Assembly (NCBI GenBank): GCA_964538675.1
Contig: CAZIGM010000002.1
Coordinates: forward strand, 2,870 to 66,869
DNA from: an uncultured Bacillaceae bacterium
GTDB taxonomy: Bacteria; Bacillota; Bacilli; Tepidibacillales; Tepidibacillaceae
DNA: 64,000 bases
Direction: 5' to 3'
Shown: piece after piece, positions 19,589-26,625 of the stretch
Layout of the letters: each line of letters opens with the position of its first letter
Position numbering within the stretch: the first letter of the stretch is position 1
The notes under the pieces: generated by a model
The model's database searches: none
The model's input: the letters and a program-made list of their open reading frames with translations, nothing else
Told to the model about the DNA's origin: nothing
Made by a program: the position numbers and the translations under genes

Positions 19589-19635
19589 TATATATGTAAG
19601 AAAATCTTTAAAATGGTAAATTAAATAATATATGT

Positions 19636-19663
19636 TTGCAATTTACCAATATAATGATATAAT
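19636..19663 (+). promoter_or_regulatory. sigma-A-like promoter (TTGCAA-16 nt-TGaTATAAT)
   Basis: Consensus-like elements upstream of DHp paralog 2. Confidence 0.45.
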
Positions 19664-19725
19664 TTTTTTTAGCTTTTTTAATAATAAAGATTAAAACTGA
19701 TATGTTCAATGAGGAGATAGAAATA

Positions 19726-20025
19726 GTGAATATAGCTAAAAAACATAAATTTGCAAAAACTAAAATTACTTCATTTAACAAGCCTATTAATAAAAAGAAA
19801 ATAATAGTTTCAGAAAACTATAAAAAAGAATTTTTTAATAACATATCTCATGAAATTAAGACCCCACTAACTATAATCTTAGGCTACGCACAACTTTTAA
19901 AAGAAGAGAATTTCAGCTCTGAAAGACTGTATTTAGAAGCTGTTGAAAATATAGAGCATGAAAGCATAAGATTAAATTCATTAATAAATAATCTTATAGA
20001 AAAAGCAAAACAAACTAAAAATTAA
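19726..20025 (+). CDS. DHp (HisKA) -only mini-protein, paralog 2
   Basis: H-box FFNNISHEIKTPLTIILGYAQLLKEE. GTG 19726 lies 9 nt after GAGGAG, whereas the ORF-track ATG 19702 lacks an RBS. A terminator follows. Confidence 0.65.
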   Translation: MNIAKKHKFAKTKITSFNKPINKKKIIVSENYKKEFFNNISHEIKTPLTIILGYAQLLKEENFSSERLYLEAVENIEHESIRLNSLINNLIEKAKQTKN

Positions 20026-20067
20026 AAGAAGATGATTACTGCATATCTCGCAGAATCATCTTCTTTT
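20026..20067 (+). terminator. intrinsic terminator after DHp paralog 2
   Basis: 12-bp stem AAGAAGATGATT / AATCATCTTCTT followed by TT. Confidence 0.6.
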
Positions 20068-20219
20068 GCATTTATTCTCACTCATTTTTTTCTCCTTCTT
20101 TCTTCCCCTATGCCATACACTTTGTCTTTCTGAAACGTAATGAAGAATCTTTTTTTCTTGATAGATTATTCGGAAAAGCCTCAGATTAACTTATTTATGG
20201 AAAAATACATAATTAATGT

Positions 20220-20247
20220 TTGCATTCACCTTATTAAATGGTATAAT
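20220..20247 (+). promoter_or_regulatory. sigma-A-like promoter (TTGCAT-16 nt-TGgTATAAT)
   Basis: Consensus-like elements at the head of leader L2. Confidence 0.45.
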
Positions 20248-20254
20248 TTTCTAA

Positions 20255-20482
20255 GGGAAATTAAAAAGTTGCCATGACCCTTGAGTGTTGGAAGCACTCA
20301 AAGGCTCATGCAGGTGAATTGGCACCTACACGTGAGACATATTGTCTCCACAGCAACGATGTTATTATATACTATATTTGGCATTTCCTCAATCAACAAT
20401 AACATTAGTGCATGTGTAGGGTTAAACCTGCGCATGCACTTTTTAATTTCCCTCCAAAAAAAATATTTGGAGGGAAATTTAT
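20255..20482 (+). promoter_or_regulatory. structured ~230-nt leader L2 (homolog of L1)
   Basis: Block homology to L1. Terminator at 20408-20445. An extra hairpin TTCCCTCCAAA/TTTGGAGGGAA (20448-20476) covers the SD. Confidence 0.5.
20408..20445 (+). terminator. leader L2 intrinsic terminator
   Basis: GTGCATGTG-loop-CGCATGCAC followed by TTTTT. Two stem positions co-vary with the L1 hairpin. Confidence 0.6.
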
Positions 20483-20594
20483 ATGCAACAAGCTAGAATA
20501 CTCGTCATTGAAGGACTACTTCACAAAACCTTTTGATATTAACGAATTACTAAAGATAATTAAAAAGACAGTAAAACAAAGTTGCTTATGCTAG
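20483..20594 (+). pseudogene. receiver-domain gene remnant with large internal out-of-frame deletion
   Basis: Starts MQQARILVIE (receiver N-terminus). One frame over it continues DYFTKPFDINELLKIIKK (receiver C-terminus). About 85 codons are missing in between. Confidence 0.7.
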
Positions 20595-20647
20595 TTCAAT
20601 TAATTGAAATATTATTTGTATAGGTTACTAGATTAGGAGATAAGAGA

Positions 20648-20890
20648 ATGTTTATTAATGAGAAAGATAATAAAATTATTATGGAAAAATATAAAGAGGA
20701 GTTTTTCAACATTCTAGCGCATGAACTCAAAACCCCACTTACAATAATTATAGGATATGCCCAGTTGTTAAAAGAAGAAGAATTTAGTTCAAAGGAAACT
20801 TATCTAAAAGCTGTTAGCAATATAGAATATGAAAGCAAGAAGCTTAACTCTATAATAGATGAGCTTATAAAGAAGGCAAAACAATTTTAA
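20648..20890 (+). CDS. DHp (HisKA) -only mini-protein, paralog 3
   Basis: 80 aa with H-box FFNILAHELKTPLTIIIGYAQLLKEE. AGGAG lies 8 nt upstream of the ATG. Confidence 0.7.
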   Translation: MFINEKDNKIIMEKYKEEFFNILAHELKTPLTIIIGYAQLLKEEEFSSKETYLKAVSNIEYESKKLNSIIDELIKKAKQF

Positions 20891-20980
20891 GATTAGAAAA
20901 ACAGACGCTTATAAATTATTTGAGTTGAATCAAATATTAATTCAAATATATTAACATTCGACAATTTAAGACAAATTTCG

Positions 20981-21184
20981 GGAGATACACGGTATCATTG
21001 CGAACAAAGTGAGCTTACCACTTTAGTCAGAAATCATGGATTAAGGCGCTGTCGCTATTTACGATTAGAAGGTGCAAAAATTCATATAACATTAGCAAAC
21101 ACAGCTTGCAACATAATAATGATGGTGAATTTGTTAAAATCAAAGGACCAACCTAGCTTTACTCTGCTAAGAAAAGCAGGCTAG
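20981..21184 (+). pseudogene. C-terminal remnant of an IS1182/IS5-type DDE transposase
   Basis: Translates to GDTRYHCEQSELTTLVRNHGLRRCRYLRLEGAKIHITLANTACNIIMMVNLL. The HGLRR.RY.GL.K pattern is typical of that transposase tail. No upstream catalytic part is present. Confidence 0.6.
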
Positions 21185-21799
21185 ACATGGATAATGGATA
21201 AATATTAGGTGAAATTCACCATATATTAAACTCCTCTATCTTTGATTTTATTATGAATATCAATTTCTATTAAAATGAATTAATTTAAATGAATATTTAT
21301 TCAATTTATAAGGAAACTGCGTAAAAAAAGCCCTTTTCTAAGCAGTTTCCCCGGTACCTTTGCGAATGGAAATGAGCTTGTTAGTCTTCATAATTTTATC
21401 CTTTTGATAGTTTTTTTAAAATAATTATCATTAATGATTAACAAAGACATTTAATTTAAGGTGTCTCCACATGGCTCCCGACGTTGATTTTGATGTCTTG
21501 AGCGTTTTTTTTACACAGTTCCGTACGTGGACACTTTTCTACGCTATTTTTCACATTTTGCTCGTTCGCAGAAACATGTCCACTATATATGCGTATTTAG
21601 GGAACAATTCATACAATATATTGAGTGTTCAATTTTGATGTTTTTCCGTAAGTAAAATGGCACAATAGGTTCACCTTGATGTCTTGATTGCAATTTGTTA
21701 TTATGCCGTTCTCGGCAAAATGTCCACAGTGCTATTGTGGTTAAGCCCGTTCTCGGAAACAAGTCAATAGTTGAATCCAACTGAGAACGGTAAGGTAGT

Positions 21800-23080
21800 T
21801 TAAAATCCAGGGGTGCACTTCAGGATATATTCTGCATCTGTAAGCCGTTGTTCTGCCTCTTCACATAGCGTATCGTATGTAGTTATTCTTATATCACTCC
21901 GATTATTAGTCAGTAACCGCCTCCATTGATATATTGGGATTGACGGTTTTTTGCCAATAATCAGATTTATTTCTGGCTCGTAATATTCAATTCCTTCATC
22001 TGCCAAAGTCCTTTTTACCTTATCTTGTTCCAATAAACGTTTGTAGTTCTTCACTTGCGTAATAGCGTCGTGGACAGCAGAAACAAACATAGGAACATCC
22101 GATACCGACTTAGTTAAATCAATATTGGAACGCTTTAACTCAAAGAGTTCCCAATCACCTATAATTGTATTTCTCATAAAAATATCTAACCTACGGTCCT
22201 TTTTCCCTATGTCTAAATCAGGGAATCTTAGCCATAACTGTGTTGAAATCCTATCATATTTTCCTCCAAATATTTCCTGGTAATGTTGCCGCAAGAATTC
22301 CTCTAAATGCCTTTCTTTTGCATCGCTAAAAATCAACTTATTGAATTCAACCAGAACATCATTAGCTGCGATAACCTTTTTGAGGGTAGGTTGAATCAGG
22401 GACATTGACTTTCTTGTCACGCCGGAAAATTCATTTTCAGCTATAAATCGAGATGTATGAATACCACTGTCCGAAAGACTGATACATATCCCGTCATCGT
22501 TTTCCGTTAAAAAATTGCGAAGATTGTTCCGCACAACCGCCTCGTTTTTTGCTGATGCTTTTATGAACGTGTTTATATTTCCAGCTCCAATTCGATATGT
22601 ACTGTTTGGTAACATAGAAGTTAGTTGTTTTTCATACAACGAAAGTAATTCTTCATCATCAATGCCCAATTTCTCAGTATCAAAGTTATTTATTGCATAT
22701 AAAGTGACACCGTCAACAGGAAGCCAAAGATCATACTTCCTTTTAGATATGTATTTTGACATCAAATCCCGCAACTCTGCCAAGTCAAGATTATCGGGTG
22801 TAAATTTCTCAAATACCGTACTAGGTGCATAACACATAAGAAATGCGTCTGAACTTTGGTAGAATCTCTCTGGCGGGCATTCAAAAATTCTATCATCAAT
22901 ATGGGATAACTTTTGAATTTTTCCACTATAAAGTTCAGACTCATTAAGAAGTCTTTGAAAAAACACCTCAAAAGCGTTCCTGTCAAATCTTCCGATAATC
23001 GATTTTATCAAACCATCATCCATTTTTACCTCCTGAATTATCCAATTCACCAACCAATCTTCGAAGTCGCTAAAATACAT
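21800..23080 (-). CDS. DUF4263 (Shedu SduA-type) PD-(D/E)xK nuclease-domain protein
   Basis: 426 aa. C-terminal blocks are HLEEFLRQH, RLDIFMR, WELFELKRS, AITQVKNY, NLIIGKK and ITTYDTL. The N-terminal ~270 aa is unassigned. Confidence 0.7.
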   Translation of the reverse strand: MYFSDFEDWLVNWIIQEVKMDDGLIKSIIGRFDRNAFEVFFQRLLNESELYSGKIQKLSHIDDRIFECPPERFYQSSDAFLMCYAPSTVFEKFTPDNLDLAELRDLMSKYISKRKYDLWLPVDGVTLYAINNFDTEKLGIDDEELLSLYEKQLTSMLPNSTYRIGAGNINTFIKASAKNEAVVRNNLRNFLTENDDGICISLSDSGIHTSRFIAENEFSGVTRKSMSLIQPTLKKVIAANDVLVEFNKLIFSDAKERHLEEFLRQHYQEIFGGKYDRISTQLWLRFPDLDIGKKDRRLDIFMRNTIIGDWELFELKRSNIDLTKSVSDVPMFVSAVHDAITQVKNYKRLLEQDKVKRTLADEGIEYYEPEINLIIGKKPSIPIYQWRRLLTNNRSDIRITTYDTLCEEAEQRLTDAEYILKCTPGF

Positions 23081-23171
23081 ATACTCGTACCCCTGATCAT
23101 TCTTTTAGTTGAATAAATTTGAATTCTGAATCTAAGGGTAAAACTAATTCTGATTCCATATTTCTTGGATA

Positions 23172-25031
23172 TCAATCTCTCTTTATCTGGTAATACTCCA
23201 ACACTTCACGCACATTCTTTTCCTGACAATGTTCAATATCTTCGTCTGCAAATCGGTTGCTCGCAATTATATCTTTTGCAACTTGCAATTGTTTCTCATC
23301 GAGAGCCGTAAATTTATCCCACCATTCGTTCACAAGATTACTTTCATCGTCATAATGACTTCGATATCTATCCGCAAGTCGAGTCCGAAGTTCTTCGTCA
23401 TACTTTCGGCGATATATAATAAATGCTTCTGGCATCCAAAGAATTTTATTATATTCATCAATATCTTTCCCAAACGCTTCTTCAAAAAATGCTTTGCCAC
23501 GTCCGATTTTACCTTTTGTAGCATTAAGTACAGCTTGTATTGCACGAATAAACTTACGGTTCCAGTTCTTTCCGATGTAATCACGATTGCGGAAATAAAT
23601 TGGGTCGTCAATCGGATGATACTTCATAGGAAATGAGTAAATTGTGACACCAAGTTCTTCACAAAGATCTATGTTAATCCTCATTCGATAATATAGTTCA
23701 TCCGGCTTGTCTTGATAGTTATAAAGTAGATAGTTTGAAAGGTTACTAATACCGTGTTTAGCTGCTGTTTTTATTGCCTTTATATAAATATTGCTCATAG
23801 AATAATGGTCAAATGCTATACGTAGCGGGCGAATATTAATTTCGGATAGTTTTGCCATTTTTGCATCCGTGACCAATCTTGCATCAATACCTTGATTAAA
23901 ATCAATATAGCGTGCACGTTTCACTTTTTTAAAAATTTTATCATACAATGGGCGAACAGTATCATCAAAAGCAAGGATACTATCTTTTGTTGCGGCTTCA
24001 GTGTATAGTAAATTTAACTTTTCCCGTTTGCGATAGAAGTTGCCAGCGTCTTCTTCGCTCATTTTTTTTGAAAGACGATCATATATTCCAATCATTTTTT
24101 TTCTATACGCTCTGATATTATAACTAGCTTTCAGATTATCTATAGTGAAGCTATACTCGCTTGGCGGCATATACATTGCACTTTTCGCAAATCCACATTC
24201 TTTAATTTCATCAATAATTATATCAAAACATTTTGATGCAAAAACGTTATTGTCCATTAAAAGCAGATCCTTTTGAGCACCAAAGCGTTCTTCTGTCTCC
24301 TTAATTTGTTGTTTTAGAGCTATATAATCATTATAGTCCGGTTCGAGTCTCGGCACAGCACAAAATTCACACTTATTTACACAGCCCCTTGTCATATAAC
24401 CAAAGTACGCATTATTTGCAGGATACTTGTAATCTATCTCATCAAGAATAGAATAATCTAACGGCAATTCATCAATAATATATTGATTGTCATTATCTAG
24501 AATTCCAGGTGTGTTTAACAAACCTTTATGAGGATCAATTCCCGTTTCTTTTTTAATTTCTTCTGGCAAAATGGTTGACGCAATACCTCCCACGAGCATT
24601 CTACCGTCGTCTTTGCAAAATTTCTTTGCATAGTTGACTGTTTCAATTGTTTTATTCCAATAAAAGCTAAACAGCGTAGTAATGCCTACTACGTCATATT
24701 TTGGAAAGTCCTCAGCCTTGTACCGTAATCGATACACTTTAATTTTATTTTCCAACTCACTATTTTGAAAGTCCGGGATAGCATCTAAGGGAGCATATTT
24801 CCCAGTCTTAATGTGTTCAATCAGTTTAGGAAAGTACTTACCAAGAGAAGCATCTCCAATTTCATCAAAAAACTCCTCACAGAGGAGCCTTGCAGCAAGC
24901 TCTTTTAGATTTCCCTTGAAAAATCTTACATCATCTTCAAGACGACGATAGTATGTGGCTAATTTCATTAGCCCCATAGGTGGATATTTGTTTTTATAAT
25001 CTGGCTCAATTAGCAACACTCTTCGATTCAT
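23172..25031 (-). CDS. radical SAM protein with N-terminal B12-binding-like domain (class B-like)
   Basis: 619 aa with CxxxCxxC motif TRGCVNKCEFCAV. The N-terminus LLIEPDYKNKYPPMGLMKLATY resembles class B radical SAM enzymes. The ATG overlaps the upstream stop (ATGA). Confidence 0.7.
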   Translation of the reverse strand: MNRRVLLIEPDYKNKYPPMGLMKLATYYRRLEDDVRFFKGNLKELAARLLCEEFFDEIGDASLGKYFPKLIEHIKTGKYAPLDAIPDFQNSELENKIKVYRLRYKAEDFPKYDVVGITTLFSFYWNKTIETVNYAKKFCKDDGRMLVGGIASTILPEEIKKETGIDPHKGLLNTPGILDNDNQYIIDELPLDYSILDEIDYKYPANNAYFGYMTRGCVNKCEFCAVPRLEPDYNDYIALKQQIKETEERFGAQKDLLLMDNNVFASKCFDIIIDEIKECGFAKSAMYMPPSEYSFTIDNLKASYNIRAYRKKMIGIYDRLSKKMSEEDAGNFYRKREKLNLLYTEAATKDSILAFDDTVRPLYDKIFKKVKRARYIDFNQGIDARLVTDAKMAKLSEINIRPLRIAFDHYSMSNIYIKAIKTAAKHGISNLSNYLLYNYQDKPDELYYRMRINIDLCEELGVTIYSFPMKYHPIDDPIYFRNRDYIGKNWNRKFIRAIQAVLNATKGKIGRGKAFFEEAFGKDIDEYNKILWMPEAFIIYRRKYDEELRTRLADRYRSHYDDESNLVNEWWDKFTALDEKQLQVAKDIIASNRFADEDIEHCQEKNVREVLEYYQIKRD

Positions 25032-26596
25032 TGTAGTTCGTCCTCGATCTTCTGTATTATGGTTTCAGCAGTCTCTTTGTTAGTAGATGAGACAATAATT
25101 CCAAATATTTTTGAAATAAGTTTCCGTTCTTTTTTACTATAGGTTGATAGCTTATCCGTTCTCCATGGAATTTTAGTATCCTTTGTAATGTTTGATTCAG
25201 GTGGTTTTACACTTGTCACTATAGGATTTTTTTGATTTCGCTCCGTTTCAATACGGTTAATTAAGCGCCCCATGACGTTATTATCATTTCCATCAGCTTT
25301 TTTCTTTTTCTTTTCGATATTTTTTTTTGCTTCTTCTGCCTTAGATTTTGCTTTCTTAATTTCTGCAAATTCGGCTTCTCTATGCGCGGTATCAACAAAT
25401 ACGCCTTTTGCTTCTTTTTCCTTGAACTCCGCTTCTTTCTTAGCCAAGAAATCTATCTTATTAAACGCACTATTAATGGCAGAACCGCTATAATATGTAC
25501 TTTTGAGTTCATCATTAAAATATTGTTTAAGTTCTCGTTCAAATTGATTGCGTGTTTCATTTTCATTAAAATAATCTCTCTGAGAATTCGGTATAAGGTT
25601 TTTCGCCACAGCAAAAACTTCACCGATAAAATAATGATGCCCCCTGTCTTCTTTGAATAGTTTTTGCAATGCGTTGTCGTCACCTATCTGAATATTTTCC
25701 TTACGCAGACGAAGGCCACGCATTTGGCAATCCTTATGAATAGCCGCCTTAAAAACAGATACTCCCCACCAAATCCACGCGAGAAGGTTACCATCTACAT
25801 CTCTAATATCTTTGAATTCAATAGAAAATATTTCATCATCACCTTTAGCATGAGTTTTATACTTTGTCTTATATTTTTTTACCACTGTTTCACCATTCAG
25901 AGTGATATCATATTCATCAATATTATACTTTATTTCATCGGCATGTTTATGAATCTCCTTTCGGAATATAAAAGTGTTTATATAAGGAACAGGAGCCACA
26001 AAAGATAGATATTCCTTTATTTGTGCAAAATCAAGCAAGTCAGTGTTTGCATCATTAATTCCAACAAGTTCAACCTTAAACCAATGTTCATTGGGATCCG
26101 CCTTGTCTTCTGTCGTAAATTCATTTATAGAACGAAGAACATCACTTGCAGTATATTTTTCACCCCTTCCATTCGCAACAATCATTTCACGCATTTTTTG
26201 AGCATTGCAACACATAGTTGAGATGATAGTTTCGCCTTTTGCAGTCGATGTAAAAACCAATTCTCTACAATAAGCAAGCCCACATAACCTACCAATTCCA
26301 CGAAAGCCCTTATCCTCACCTATTTTTTTATCAGAATCGGCAATGTTACCTAAAGTTTTCTGGAAATCAGCAGCCGGAATCCCTGTTGCATTATCTTCTA
26401 TACTGATAATTCGTTTATCAGAATCAAGCCAGATATGAATACGCCCCTCACCTTGAAGCAAGAGTCCTTCTCGTTCTGCTTTGTCAATTTGATCACATGC
26501 GTTCTGTATATATTCGCGATAAATAACTCTTGAATCTTGGTACATTCCTGTCGTAAGATTTTCTAATATATTTACACCAAAAACATATTTGTCCAT
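25028..26596 (-). CDS. GHKL (Bergerat-fold, HATPase_c_3/MORC-like) ATPase
   Basis: 522 aa with N box EYIQNACDQ, G1 IEDNATGI and G2 GFRGIGRLCG. A Lys/Glu-rich coiled coil lies toward the C-terminus. RBS is GAGAGGAG. Confidence 0.75.
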   Translation of the reverse strand: MDKYVFGVNILENLTTGMYQDSRVIYREYIQNACDQIDKAEREGLLLQGEGRIHIWLDSDKRIISIEDNATGIPAADFQKTLGNIADSDKKIGEDKGFRGIGRLCGLAYCRELVFTSTAKGETIISTMCCNAQKMREMIVANGRGEKYTASDVLRSINEFTTEDKADPNEHWFKVELVGINDANTDLLDFAQIKEYLSFVAPVPYINTFIFRKEIHKHADEIKYNIDEYDITLNGETVVKKYKTKYKTHAKGDDEIFSIEFKDIRDVDGNLLAWIWWGVSVFKAAIHKDCQMRGLRLRKENIQIGDDNALQKLFKEDRGHHYFIGEVFAVAKNLIPNSQRDYFNENETRNQFERELKQYFNDELKSTYYSGSAINSAFNKIDFLAKKEAEFKEKEAKGVFVDTAHREAEFAEIKKAKSKAEEAKKNIEKKKKKADGNDNNVMGRLINRIETERNQKNPIVTSVKPPESNITKDTKIPWRTDKLSTYSKKERKLISKIFGIIVSSTNKETAETIIQKIEDELQ

Positions 26597-26625
26597 TAAC
26601 TCACTCCTCTCACTTTAATTGTTTG

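Noticed and set aside
20281-20594. ORFs 20281-20496 (71 aa) and 20412-20594 (60 aa)
   Set aside because: The first lies entirely within structured leader L2 and crosses its terminator. The second is the out-of-frame C-terminal half of the deleted receiver gene and is annotated as a pseudogene instead.
21330-21383. Tiny minus-strand ORF (MKTNKLISIRKGTGETA, 17 aa) next to a GGAAACTGC/GCAGTTTCC hairpin
   Set aside because: It is too short and has only a weak RBS-like sequence. It cannot be supported from sequence alone.
21583-21780. 65-aa minus-strand ORF in the repeat-motif region downstream of the operon
   Set aside because: It has no Shine-Dalgarno and an odd composition (Cys/His/Arg-rich). 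It simply spans the repeated non-coding motifs, so it was treated as a chance ORF.
23172-25031. Calling the radical SAM protein a prokaryotic viperin
   Set aside because: It is about twice viperin length and has a B12-binding-like N-domain. Apart from the CxxxCxxC cluster it shows no viperin-like C-terminal pattern that I can recognise.
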